From positions 9,238,001-9,302,000 of the forward strand of contig OZ024745.1 in assembly GCA_964016885.1 (NCBI GenBank): DNA of 64,000 nt, written 5' to 3'. The notes beneath the pieces were generated by a model. It worked only from the letters and a program-made list of their open reading frames with translations. It was not told the DNA's origin and did no database searches. This stretch comes from Eledone cirrhosa. Taxonomy: Eukaryota. Positions 25,283 through 43,190 of the stretch are shown here, one piece after another. Within the stretch, counting starts at the first letter, position 1; the number at the start of each line of letters is the position of its first letter. The translations under genes were made by a program, and so were the position numbers.

Positions 25283-26600
25283 ACCGTTATGTATCACCTG
25301 GTTGATTTAGCCCGATTTCACCGGATATTTTCAGCATCTTTGTGACTATTCCAGATGATTCAGCAGCTTCTCTCATCTTCATCTTCTTAACAGCCTCTTT
25401 CACTACATAACTAGAATTTGATAATTAGTCCCTCATTTTGGTCTACTTCAGATAGTTCCTCTCCCCTTCAGACATTCTGCACATCCACAAACCTTTTAGA
25501 ATAACATTTCCAAACCTCTTTTGAGTGCCATTGTCATTCTGAACACACTTTTCCTCAATGTCGCCTCCCATAGCTGAACATTTGCAAATGTCTCGTTTTA
25601 AGCTTCTTCCCTTTGCTATGTAAACGTGATGTCCAGCTTCTCTTTTAGCCACTTGACATTGTTCTTTGCTGCCCCCTTTCTTCTAGTCTTTCCAGGTCTG
25701 TCTTGTAGTTTTTATTCCACCACCAAGTCCCCTTTTGTCTGACTGGTACCTTACTTCAACCGCATATCCCAGTGTCCTGCAACAGGTTATCTCATAGAAA
25801 CTTCCAGTTGTCCTCTGTCATAGTTATCCATTTCCTCCTCTTCTTCTTGCGTATGAGTTGGTCTCCGGTTGTCGTCGTTCACCTGATCGAGATCAGTTTC
25901 CAGGGTCCAGCACGAGGAGGTCGACAAACTTGGGCCCCAATTTCCTCTTCACCATTTATCACATAGAAACTCTTTGAACATATATTTAGTTAAGGGATCA
26001 TTAAGATTCCTACCACACTTCTCCAGATTGTCCTGGATCTCTGAATGTTTCTAGCCTTCTGTTGAGTTGAGCATTCTTCTCCACAAAAAAGGCTTGGTGT
26101 TCACAACCATCTGTCTTGTTTTCTGGTAGGTTTCCTGAAGATAGTGTTAGATTATTTGCACCAGTTTGAGGAACCTTGATCTATCTTCATTCCTTGAGCT
26201 CTATCTAAAGTCATCAGCCATGATATTGAAGTTGCTATCATTTGATATCGAAGTGCTCTACAAGCAATCTTTATAGAATTAGTTCTTTTGCTCATTAATT
26301 CATCATTATTCTAGTGCATAACCAGATATAACAGTTGTCATTGCATTGTCTATAACTTGTCTAAGCTTGATAATTGTTATATTCACTAACTACTGCAATT
26401 TATCCACTTCTCTGCCAACAGCATGCCTATTCTATCATCCCCATCATTGTTACCCACCTGGAAGAGTCCCTAACCGTGTATTTTGCTTGTGAGGAGTCAG
26501 GTAGAGGCTGCTCCACCATCACCATTTCATCTCTTCCACACAACTATTTGTCTCTGTTCTAGCATCTCTTCAATCTCACCACCTTTCATTGACAGTGGCA
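25283..26600 (-). mobile_element. Old degenerate RTE LINE fragment (APE domain to start of RT)
   Basis: Colinear remnants of the 35.3-36.8 kb RTE ORF (NQVIHNG, EKCVQND, WWWNK-like) with many stops. Confidence 0.75.
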
Positions 26601-26986
26601 ACAGACATGATATCTGATGGTGGTTGAATTATTTTAGGGGCTCTGGTATCTGCACTTGAAATAAAGTGTGTCATTGCTTGATGATAGTCAAGGAGGTTCT
26701 TCTACATAGCTAAGTAAATTCACCTAACCATCTCAATACTGTGCCCAGCAATATCATGGTTAGTGCCAGTCCTATATACACAGAATTTAGTATTGTAATT
26801 GTGCTTGCTATTTTGGCATGGTTGTACTGGTTACCCTTCCTATCACCAACCATTTTACCGTGTTGATCGTTCCTAAAGAGATTGTCTATTAAGACTAAAG
26901 TGCCCCCCCCTCTATATACCTTCATCATTTATTACCTCTCATAGACATGTTAATTTTGCTACTGCTTACAGTGTCTCTTTAATGAA

Positions 26987-27031
<45 letters not shown>

Positions 27032-27130
27032 ATATATATATAGAAATATATAAAACCTCCCCCATTCTTGTCCAGCGTGAAGCTAATGGCACTATGCATC
27101 TTGACTCCTGCGTTTGTTTGTAATTTTGAA

Positions 27131-27169
<39 letters not shown>

Positions 27170-27286
27170 TAAAAGAGGAGACATGTATCATAAGAGTGGA
27201 GGAGAGAGAAAAAATTATGGTACAGTATACTAGACGCAAGATGTAAAGTTTGTTTTTTAATGTATTGCTTTCTCCATTTATTCTGC

Positions 27287-29300
<2,014 letters not shown>

Positions 29301-29500
29301 NNNNNNNNNNNNNNNNNNNNNNNNNNNNNNNNNNNNNNNNNNNNNNNNNNNNNNNNNNNNNNNNNNNNNNNNNNNNNNNNNNNNNNNNNNNNNNNNNNNN
29401 NNNNNNNNNNNNNNNNNNNNNNNNNNNNNNNNNNNNNNNNNNNNNNNNNNNNNNNNNNNNNNNNNNNNNNNNNNNNNNNNNNNNNNNNNNNNNNNNNNNN
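29301..29500. other. Assembly gap (200 N)
   Basis: Run of n. Confidence 1.
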
Positions 29501-29830
29501 CGTCCCGCCACCACCCCCACCCCATCCACACCACCCCGTTCTATGTAAAGTTATGTTGGTGCCGCGCCATCCAGGCCGAAACAAATGAGATCGTGTAGGT
29601 GTCACGACAAAAAACACAGTCCACGCTGTAATGTGGCCGTGTAGGCAACACGGTAAAAACCTCCCAGACCCACACTGTAAATGTGGTTGGTGTTAGGAAG
29701 GGCATCCAACTGTAGAAAACCTGCCAGACAGTCCTATGCGAGCAAGACAATCACTCTTGCCTCAAGTGGGACTACCCCCGTCCAAACCCATGCAAGCGTG
29801 GAACACGGACGTTAAACGTTGATGATGATG
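29501..29830 (+). mobile_element. RTE LINE 3' UTR, truncated by the gap
   Basis: Near-identical reverse complement of 33398-33727, ending in (GAT)n. Confidence 0.92.
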
Positions 29831-31184
<1,354 letters not shown>

Positions 31185-32213
31185 CATCATCTATATTAAT
31201 GACATCACTGACATCATCAAACACAGCAACATTAAAATTTTCGCTGATGATTCCAAGCTCCAAAAGGTCATCAATGGCGTGGATGACCGGATAAGCCTTC
31301 AGTCAGACCTACTGGCTGTTACCCAATGGGCGGAAAAGAACAACATGTTACTGAACGAAGACAAATTCGAACTGATCCACTTTGGAAAAGAGGATGCTCT
31401 GAAACTCCCGTACTCCCTTCCCTCCGGTGAAACTCTCGTGGCATCTAACAACATCAGAGACTTGGGAGTAACCGTGGACAGCAACATAAGCTGGGCCACG
31501 CATATAAGCAGCAAAGTTGACATGGCCCGCAGAATGTGTTCCTGGATCCTCAGAACCTTCCAGTCGAGAGATTCCCACACCATTATCCTTCTCTTCTCTA
31601 CTTTTGCCCGACCACACCTTGAATACTGTTGTCCACTGTGGTCTCCCCACACGAAACAAAGTATCATGAAACTTGAAGCTCCTCAAAGGGCAATCACGAA
31701 AAAGATAGATGGCATGTCAGACCTTGACTACTGGGGTCGACTAGAAAAGCTGAAACTTTACTCACTCCAACGTCGCCGTGAGCGTTATATTATCTGCATG
31801 ATGTGGAAAATGTTTCATCATCACTGCCCAAATGATGTTGGCATCACCTTCAAAATACACCCAAGGCTTGGGCCCCGTGCTATCCGTCCCAAACAAAAAT
31901 CTAAATCGCAACTCATAACAACAATACGGCACAATTATTTCACCTCAATTGGCCCTGCTCTCTTCAACATCACACCAGGACACGTCAAAACAGAAACTGA
32001 CCACACAAAATTCAAGAAGTCTTTGGACAAATTCCTCCAAGTAATCCCGGACAAACCACCCACACCCGGATATGACTCCGCAAACAGTAATTCTCTTCTC
32101 GAATGCGCCATGGTGCCCAAATCCTGAATTGAAAGACTTCGCCAGGTGGTGCTATTAAGTTAGACATGGCCTGGGCCAATACTGGCCAAAACATTTCAAA
32201 GTTATTCAAAGTT
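31185..32213 (+). mobile_element. 5'-truncated CR1/L2-group LINE with an open RT C-terminal frame
   Basis: IYINDI...FADDSKL...[13 protein letters not shown]...[14 protein letters not shown], stop at 32127, short 3' UTR ending (TTCAAAGTTA)2. Confidence 0.93.
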
Positions 32214-33397
<1,184 letters not shown>

Positions 33398-36300
33398 CAT
33401 CATCATCAACGTTTAACGTCCGTGTTCCACGCTTGCATGGGTTTGGACGGGGGTAGTCCCACTTGAGGCAAGAGTGATTGTCTTGCTCGCATAGGACTGT
33501 CTGGCAGGTTTTCTACAGTTGGATGCCCTTCCTAACACCAACCACATTTACAGTGTGGGTCTGGGAGGTTTTTACCGTGTTGCCTACAAGGCCACATTAC
33601 AGCGTGGACTGTGTGTTTTTTTGTCGTGACACCTACACGATCTCATTTGTTTCGGCCTGGATGGCGCGGCACCAACATAACTTTACATAGAACGGGGTGG
33701 TGTGGATGGGGTGGTGGTGGTGGGACGGAGTGTATTTTGTTAGAGATGCCTACTGGCTGTAGTAGGTTTTACTATGTATTTAGGTAAGGCGGGTCTTCTC
33801 TGTTACTGAGTACCGCCAAAGGTCTCGGTCCAGTGACATTGTCTTGGAGAGGTGTAAGTGTGTGAGGTCGGAATTTATCAGGTCGTCCCAGGTTTTTCTG
33901 GGTCTGCCTACTCCGTGGCTACCGTCTATCTTTATTGCCCTGCACTTTGTTATACAGCTGTCGTCTTTCATGCGCATCACGTGACCATACCAACGTAGCC
34001 TTCTCTCGAGTAAACAATATCTGATCCCTCTTATTTCTAATTTTTCCCTTAGTTCGTTTATGCTTTGCCGTTCACGTATATTACTATTACACATTCAGCG
34101 GAGCATGCAAGCTTCGTTCCTCTCTAGTCTGCGTATATCCTCTGCACACAATGCCCAGGTCTCACTGCCATGCAACATTGCTGTTCATATGCAGGCATCA
34201 TACAGCCTGCCTTTCATTTTTAGAGAGAACCCTTTAGCGGCTACTAGTGGTATAAGCTCTCTGAACTTTTTCCATCCAGTTCTGACTCTAGCTACTGTAC
34301 TTTCCGAGCACTCTCCCCCACTGCTGATTTTGTCACCCAGGTAACGGAAGCTGTCCACTATTTCTATAGAACCCTCTGCGCAATTGAAAGAGCTAGTATT
34401 TTGTGGGCACTTGCTGCTACTTATTGCACCAGAGCACCGGCCACATGTAAAATCTATGTTCTTAGTTAGCTTACCTGTGATCCCACTACATCTTTTATGC
34501 ACCCATACTTTGCATTTGGGACATAAAATGGAGTTTCTACCTACGCCTTTCCTACACACTGAGCATGGCCATTTCCCGGAAGGGACCGCCGCCTTATTTT
34601 CTTTCCTACAAACTAGAACTTTAGTCTTAGCCAGGTTAATTTTAAGGCCTTTTAATTCTAGGCCGTGCTTCCATGTTTGGAATTTCTTCTCTAGCTCGGT
34701 CATTGATTCAGCTATGAGCGTTAGATCATCTGCGTATAGGAGTTCCCATGGGCAGCCGGTCTTGAACTCCTCTGTTATAGCCTGAAGGGCAATAATAAAT
34801 AGTAGGGGTCTGAGAACAGAGCCCTGATGGACACCAACTTTTACGCTAAACTCTTCACTATATTCATTGTTAATTCTAACCTTGCTGACTGTTTCTTTAT
34901 ACATGGCTTGTATAGCTCTCACAAGCCATTCGTCAACACCTAGTTTTCTAAGAGCCCACCAGATAATGGAACGGGGGACTCTGTCGAAGGCTTTCTCCAA
35001 GTCAACAAAAGCTAAGTATAGGGGTTTACTTTTAGCTAGGTACTTCTCCTGTAGTTGTCGTACAATGAAAAGAGCGTCTGTGGTACTTTTGCCTGACACA
35101 AACCCGAACTGCATTTCATCTTGATCAATTCTCTCTCTGATTAGTTGCGCTATTACTTTTTCCGTGACCTTCATGACCTGGTCGATTAATTTAATGCCTC
35201 TATAGTTACACCTATCTAGGTCATCTCCTTTACCCTTGTAACAGTTAATGATGATGCTGCTATGCCAGTCCTTCGGAACAACCCCATTGTGTATGACTTG
35301 GTTTACTATCCGGGTGACCATGGTGTGTCCCACCGTTCCAGAGGCTTTCAGCATCTCAGCAACTATTTCCGAAGGCCCAGCCGCCTTACCCGTCTTCATA
35401 TCTTTGATTGCCTTACTTATTATACTACCTTCGACTAACACTGCTGGTCCCTCTATTGTGTCGATGTGGGGGAAACTGTCTTTCTCCCATTTATTCTCCT
35501 CATTTAGAAGCCTTTCGTAGTGACACTTCCAAGCTACCGTCTTATCAGCGTCAGTGATGGCAAGTATGCCATCATCATTAAGTACACACTTCTCCCCGAC
35601 AATATCACGGTTTTTCTTGACACATTGCCTAACAATCCTGAACACCTCACGTTTTTGGTCCTCACGTTGTAGAACATGCTTGAACTTTCTTTCCTCTGCT
35701 TCCTTTCTTGCGAAGTACACTTGTCTCCTAGCTTCCCTCCTGGCCACTTGATAGTCTTCTCTACTTCCCCCATCCCGCCATACTTTCCAAGCCTGCTTTT
35801 TGGCCTTAATTGACTCCTCCACCTTCCTGTTCCACCACCATGTTACTCTCCTCCTACCTACAGGCCTGCTCCAGCCACAGACTTCGTCTGCCGCCGTCAG
35901 CAGGTTTGCTTTCAGGAATTCCCACTGTTCCTCTATATTATACGACTCTAATTGCTCTTCCTTACTGTCGAAAGCATCAAGTAATATGCTTTGAAATTTA
36001 TTTCTGGCTATGGGGTCCTTTAGCTTCCATATTTTTCTCCTGAGGATAGTCCTCTTCTGCTGTCTAGTACGTCTTGTCCTGACTATGAGGTCGCTAATTA
36101 TCAGTCTATGTTGGGAGGTGCATTCTTCATGGGGGAGGGATTTAGTGTTAACAACAGACACTCTGTCACGTCTTCTGGTAAGGATATAATCTACCTGGCT
36201 TGTGTGTTCCCCCGATCTATAGGTGATCAAGTGATTGTCTCGTTTTTTGAAGTTAGTGTTACAGATAGTTAGATTATTTGCGTCACAGAATTCCAGGATT

Positions 36301-37342
36301 CTGGAGCCTTCCTCATTTCTAGTACCAAACCCATAGCCTCCATGGATTCCGTCATAGCCGTCACAATGTTGTCCAACGTGACCATTTAGGTCGCCTGCAA
36401 TAATTATATAGTCACTGTCGGTTATTTGGGAGGTAGCGAGCATCAGTGTCTCATAGAATCTGTCTTTTATAGCGCCGGGCAGTCCGGATTGGGGTGCGTA
36501 TGCAGATATTACTGTCACCGTAGTTCTATTGAGGACAAGTCTTATTTTAATTATTCTGTCGTTCACTCTATTTACGTCTATTATCTTATCTGTCCACTTT
36601 TCTGCTACCATGATTCCTACTCCACCCCGCCCATTGTCATTTCCCACCCAGAAAAGCTTATAGCATCATTCTTTACCCACGATGAATCTAGCAAACCCTC
36701 CCCTCCACCTGGTCTCTTGAATACAACAAACATCGACCTCCTTACGTTCAAGCATTTCTACAACCTCGTTAGAGCGACCCTTTAAGGTGCCTACATTCAT
36801 GGTACCAACTCTGAAGTTTTGGATTGCGTTTGGAGGGTGGGAGCGCGGGGGGTGGGTGGGGGATGGGGTTATGTTATCCATCCTTGGCCGAAACAAGGAG
36901 GAGTGCTTGCATTCTCGTCCATGAGGTGAATTTGTCTTTATCTTTGGCATTGTCGCTGAGCGTCCAGATTTTTCTCTCTTCAACTCTCCAGAATTCCGTA
37001 GTCCATCCATCATATCGAAAAGCAACCAGTTAAGCGATAGTATGGGCTTCTGACTTATGATTGGTCCACGTAATAATGGTGGTGCATGGGGCGGGAGGGA
37101 GGGATGTTGGGTAGTTAGCGAGAAGGTAAGGTTTAAGATAAGATCCCCGTATTTTGGGCATAATTTAACAATAAACGAAAATACAAGATTTGTTTTGTTT
37201 AAGAAAATACGATAGAGAAAATGCGATGATAGAGAAAATATGATTTTAGAGAAAAAATATGATATAGAATGGTGAATGAATGGACTAATGGATTAGAATG
37301 GAGAAAAATATTTGAACGTTACATTATACCGAGGAAACAGCC
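33398..37342 (-). mobile_element. Near-full-length RTE-clade LINE (~3.95 kb) flanked by (TA)n on both sides
   Basis: 5' UTR, a single long ORF, 3' UTR and (GAT)n tail. Confidence 0.95.
33780..37025 (-). pseudogene. RTE polyprotein: APE endonuclease, reverse transcriptase and PHD-like Zn finger, with two in-frame TGA codons
   Basis: ORFs 36666-37025, 34185-36647 and 33780-34094 share one frame. Motifs: GTMNVGTL, CIQETRW, GDLNGH, SQVDYIL, NYRGIKL, FVDLEKAFD, GVHQGS, LLYADDL, C-x2-C...H-x2-C. Confidence 0.93.
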
Positions 37343-37407
<65 letters not shown>

Positions 37408-37416
37408 CATACATAC

Positions 37417-37455
<39 letters not shown>

Positions 37456-38116
37456 TTCACCGTATTTTTGACTAAAGGAATTTGTTATGAATAGACAAAG
37501 ACTATTGGAATTAGAAATAACACAAGATTATTTTGATGATAGTTTGATCAGATATAGGTTTCTGAAGCCTTGTGAATGATTTTCAGTGATTGTTACTGTG
37601 AGAAAATGTTTAAGTGATGGTTGATTGTAAACTATGATAAGACCACTATTTTCTGGAAGACAGAAGATAAATGTATTGAAAGAAGTAGTTTTAGAAATTT
37701 GTGTGTAGCTGTATATATAAAGATGTATTAATATCATACATGAGAAGTTAGCAAGGTGACACATTATATTGGAGACTAATGCAATCTTTTTTTATGTTGA
37801 TTTATGAAGTAGACTATTTAGAGGTGAGTGATTCACTGTTTGATTAAATTAAGTGAACTCTTTAATTTTGATATCTGATGGATTATTTTTTGAAAATGTT
37901 AGTTGTTTATGATTTCTTCCTCCTCAATCTTGAAATATTAGAATATTTATTAGTAATTTAATAGAATGAAGGAATAGTTTTGTGTGATTATACAAAAGTA
38001 AATATATGAAAACTGAAATATCTGAGCAATCAACTCTGTTGTCTTTTTAGTTTGGTTTTACAACATGTAATGAGGACCAGTCTAATGTAATGCATCTGAG
38101 CATTGTACACAATAAT

Positions 38117-38372
38117 TCTGAGTTCAAATCCCGCCAAGGTTAACTTTGCCTTTCATCCTTACGGGGTCGATAAAATAAAGTACCAGTAATGCACTGGGTA
38201 ATTGCTGGCCTTGTGCCTAACGTAGAAACAATTATTATTATTATAATATTTAACGATCTGAGTTCAAATCCCGCCGAGGTTAACTTTGCCTTACGGGGTC
38301 GATAAAATAAAGTACCAGTAATGTACTGGGTAATTGCTGGCCTTGTGCCAAAAGTAGAAACAATTATTATTA
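38117..38372 (+). mobile_element. Tandem pair of family A SINE fragments
   Basis: TCTGAGTTCAAATCCCGCC...GTAGAAACAATTATTATTATAATATTT occurs twice. Confidence 0.9.
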
Positions 38373-38900
38373 TAATATTTGGAAGAATTGAAAAAGAAAG
38401 TGAAATGTTATGGTGGTGATAGCTGGCTGTTTATATCATGTATTGTATTATATGTGAAAACTAAAATAGATGAGATATGAAATTTTGTGGTGTTCAAGAA
38501 TGAGAAAATTCCATTACAATTGGTAAGAATTGTATGAATGGAAGTGAAGAAATTAAGTGAGATTTAGAGACAAGGAACAAATAATGATTTAGGAATGATG
38601 GGAATAATGGGAAATAATTTTTTTTAAACTGTCAACAAAATATTTTCCCCCCTTCAAGCATAAAATAGTTGCTAATTTCTCAACATTACTATATTCAGTC
38701 TATTCATTGTTGTATATGTTTGCATTTCTTTTTTATTATAATGTTTTGTTTCTCTATTTGTTTATTGCCTAGAACTAAACTATTTAGAATATATTAGTTC
38801 TGTGTGTGTGTTCATTCTTATAAATACTTCGATAACAGTGATTAATGCTGGGTGCAATAACAATTGAGTGCTCTATATGGTAGTGTTGTATATATATATA

Positions 38901-39795
38901 CGAGGTGGGTCAGAGAAGTTCCAGGACTGATGTCACAAAAGATTTATTTCAAACCCAAACTTCACACTAAGAGTTTTCTCCTTCAAAGTAATCACCCTGG
39001 AGTCTAATGCACTTTTCCATCCTTTTCTGCCACGCTTGCATGCACTCCTGGAAGGATTCTTCCGGGATCCTCTGCAGTTCCGTCGTCACGGCCTTTTTGA
39101 TGTCGTCCACATCTTCAAAACAGGTCCCCTCCGGGTTGTACTCGAAGATCCATGACTCATCACCAGTGATGACTGTCCCTAGCAAGTCTGGTTCAGTTTC
39201 AAGACGCTTGAGGATGTCCTGGCACACTTGCATGCGTCGACCCTTCTGGTCATCGTTCAACAGTTTTAGCACCATCTTTGCGCAGACTTTCCGCATGTCC
39301 AAATCTTCAGTGAGAATCTTCCAGACGCTGTCCTGATTCATGCCGGGCTCATTTGCCATCAGTCGAACAGTTAGCTGACGATCGCTACGCACCATCTGCC
39401 TGACGCGCTCAACATTGACCTCAGTCTTGGTTGTTGAGGGCCTTCTGCTCTTGGGGTCATCTCCCACGTCATTGCGTTCTTCTTTAAACCTCTTGCACCA
39501 CTCAAAAATATGTGAGCGTGACATCGTCTCATCTCCATACACTTGCTGCAGCAATCCCAGTGCTTCTGACGGAGTTTTCAAGTTTGTTCGTTGCTCTGTG
39601 CTCATTGCTTGACGACCTGAAACAGAGAACATGTATATAAAATTATGAAGAAACAAGTTTGATCGCTGCAGAGAGCTAAGATTACAGTTACATACTCCAG
39701 GGGGTTTACTTTGAAGGAGAAAACTCTTAGTGTGAAGTTTGGGTTTGAAATAAATCTTTTGTGACATCATTCCTGGAACTTTTCTGACCCACCTC

Positions 39796-39796
<1 letters not shown>
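38901..39796 (-). mobile_element. Internally deleted mariner element with ~100-bp extended inverted ends
   Basis: TA-flanked CGAGGTGGGTCAGA TIRs. Transposase remnant 39605-38967 (MSTEQRTNLK...KVCAKMV...ITGDESW...LQGDYFEG) lacks the HDNA/YSPDL region. Confidence 0.93.
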
Positions 39797-39835
<39 letters not shown>

Positions 39836-40312
39836 ATGTAGGTGGTAAACCTTGCATTGTATTTGCAAAATGATCACGAATCTTGTATATTCTTTACATT
39901 AATTTTTTTAATTTTTTTTAATTTTATTTTTTTACTGATTTAAAAATTTTTTATGTCTTAGTCAGTAGAAGAGGGAAGGAAGAAATTGTTCTCTGGTCTG
40001 AATGTTTGCAACATTTGACAGGTTTCCTCGTAATTCTCATTTAAATTTCACCTGAGTCTATAACAGAAATGTTTTCACTGTAGAGCCACGTCTATTATAA
40101 TGATATGCACATTTACATTTAGAATTAGTTTCTTCACCCTGCAAATAACCACTTTACAAACTATATAGTTTTAATAAACTACTTAAGTATCATCAATGTT
40201 AAAACTTGAAAAATTTCAAGTGTCTGAAAATTAAACATTTTATTTATAGTTTCGAAAATTATCCAAAATATATATTCTCATTGTTTTATTATATTTAGTA
40301 TTATATTGTCCT

Positions 40313-40865
40313 AATTGTTGAAAAGTAAAAAAATATCTGAGATTCTATTTCCAATCATTTGGTGAAAAAAAAAATGTAATAAAATAAAATATCAATGCAT
40401 GATGAAAAGAAAATTAAAGCTGATATAACGGATTTGTCTCTGGGATGTCATTATAAATAAGAGGAAATTCAACTGATATATATATATAATATAGGTGATA
40501 CTATACTAATCATTTCTTGGATAAACTGAACTCATTTAGCTTATAGTTAAGAATTTTAAGCTGATTTAAAAATAAATTTGTTAAGGTTTGAAGTTTAAAA
40601 ATAGATATCATTTCTGAAAAATGTTTCCTGAATCACTGTTTATAAATTTAGAAACCATGTCAGTGAATATCATTTTACTTTTATTAGGGGGGGGGGGGGG
40701 TTCTAACCCATGCCGTCATGGAAAACAAGCACATGATGATGATGATGTCATTACATTGTTTTTGCTTTAATTTTCTTTTCATCATGCATTGATATTTTAT
40801 TACATTTTTTTTTCACCAAATGATTTGAAATAGAATCTCAGATACTTTGTTACTTTTCAACAATT
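40313..40865. repeat. Inverted duplication with ~105-bp arms
   Basis: 40313-40420 is the reverse complement of 40764-40865 with a few substitutions and indels. Confidence 0.85.
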
Positions 40866-41029
40866 TAAAATAGACTTCTACAATATCAGTCTCAAGAAAT
40901 TTTTACTGAAAATATTTAATTGATTTTTTTTGTTTTTTGTTTTGTGAAGATTATTATAATGATCGTCTAACCCATGTTAACATTGTCAATAGATGTTAAA
41001 CAATGATGACGATGAGTGAGGGTGGTGGA

Positions 41030-41215
41030 TTGCCAGAATTGTCAGCATGTTTGATGAAATACTTTGCAGTCTTCCTTTAAGGGTCTAAACATTGAGTTCA
41101 AATCCTGCCATGGACAATTCTTTTCATCTTTTGATAAAATAAAGTACCAGCACAGAGGTTGATATAACTTTCCTCTTCCCCCAAATTGCTGGCCTTGTGC
41201 AAATGTTAGAATTCT
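41030..41215 (+). mobile_element. Degenerate family A SINE
   Basis: GAGTTCAAATCC, GATAAAATAAAGTACCAG and GCTGGCCTTGTGC. Confidence 0.7.
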
Positions 41216-42674
41216 ATGAATAGTAATACTGGGGCTTATCCGACCCCTTTATGTACTGGTTGCAGTATGGGCCTCTGGTGTCCTTTATCCCTGCACTGCT
41301 GATTTCTTCCATAAAATTGAAAGTCAACAGTCTGTCTGAGGAAGAATTCCCATGAGGTGGAGTGATAATACATTCACCATTCTGTCTGCAGGGCATGGCC
41401 AAAACACCACTCAGGTTGGGGTGTAGAATCTGTCCCTTCCTCTCTCTTCCTTTCCTTTGTTGCTTAATTCTTTTTCTTTTTTCTTTTTTCTTTTTTTTTC
41501 TTTTTTCTTTTTTTTTCTTTTGTTTTAAATATTATTATTATTGTCCATAATAGTAACAATAACAATGATGACAAAATTATGACCAAACATCATCCCTTGT
41601 AGATAAAATAATCTATGTAATGGATGCTTTCCATTTTTAAAGCAAGGTATTATTTGAATCCTAGAGTGTTAATATGGAAATTGGTTCGTTATACTGTATA
41701 TTTTGGTCCTCCATATCCTTGTAAAATATGGAATCTCTTGTAGGAGTTAAGGACTGTAAGACTTAGTTTGCAGTTTCTATCTTTAGTTGTCACTAACTAG
41801 CATGAGGTTTGATTTCACAGATGTCACTTCTTATCTCTTTGAGTATATATTTAGCAAGATAAGAGGAAAATGTAAAAATATCATCCTACTCAATGACTTA
41901 TAGTTTAACTTTGTAATAGGGTGAAACTTTTCAGCATAGTCTTTCAAAAATCTCTTGATGTCATCATCATCACGTCCACTTTAAAAACGATGGTGATGAG
42001 GATATCATGTATGAAAACCTAGTAATGTGCAGTCTATTGGAAAACTAGAAAGGAGGAAAGATTACTCTTCCTCGTCATTTAATGGTCATTTGGATTTGAT
42101 GGGTTGTCTCAGGTCAAATTGGTACTCAATTGAAGCTACTGACCTCAAAGATAGACCAGGGGCCTGCATCTCACATATAAATCCCTTACACTCTAGATCA
42201 GGAGGCCCACATCTCCCTTACATATATTCCCATGCTCTACTGAGTGCATTTTATCATGACACCAGCACCAGGGAGGTTGCATATCTTTGATAGAGCTGAA
42301 AATTCTCCCAACCTTTTATTGTATGTTATAAATGTACACTGGAGGATATTTGTAGTCATAGATGTTGATAGAGAGAGAAGCTGTGGAAAATATTTAGTGA
42401 TTCATGAATTTCATCTGATATGTAATTTTCTATTTTATTTAAAATGGCATTTGAATATTTCATTTTTTTTTTAAATAAATAATTGAGATATTAGTGTTGT
42501 TGTACCAGATTACTGGCCAAAATGCTTTGAAATGAAACTCTGTGGCTGACTAAATATTGAACTCTTTGCTAACACAGTTATACATCTAATCAGCTTAGAT
42601 AGAAAGTTGCTTCTATTTAATTTTAACTATTTATAGCAATATCTGACTGAAGGTAATACTTCAAAAATGAATAT

Positions 42675-43190
42675 ATCATCATCATCATCATTTAATATTC
42701 ATTTTCCCTGCTAGCAAAGGCTGGGCTGGGGACCTGCATCTTGCTTACATGTGACCCCGCACTCTATAGTGTGCATTTTATCTTGGCACTAGTACTACAG
42801 AGGTTGTTGTGTCTTTGACACATTTATTTGGCAGGTTTTTTTATGGCTGGATGTCCTTCCTATCATCCACTTTACAGTTTACTGGGTGCATTTATCATGT
42901 AAATCTCCCAACACTAGGGAGGTTGTCATGTCATTAACACAACTGAAGAGTCCTCCCTTGTTTGGCAAGCTTTCTGTGACTAGATGTTCTTCCTCTAACC
43001 AACCATTTTACAGAGTACACTGAGTCTGTTTGTGTAGATCACCAACACTAGATGTGTTGTCATGCTGTTGACACAACTGAAGAATCTTCTTGTTCTTTTT
43101 TGACATGGTTTCTATAGCAGGGTGCCCTTCCTATCACCAATCACCTTATAGGGTGTACTGGGTATATTTTCATGGCACCTCTACAAGAGA
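42675..43190 (-). mobile_element. Degenerate RTE-3'-derived multi-module repeat
   Basis: (CAT)n tail and three copies of the TTGGCAGGTTTT...GGATGTCCTTCCTATCA...TACTGGGTGC module. Confidence 0.7.

Noticed and set aside
38967-39857. Functional 296-aa transposase
   Set aside because: The N-terminal part comes from TA repeat and the duplicated end, and the catalytic domain is deleted.
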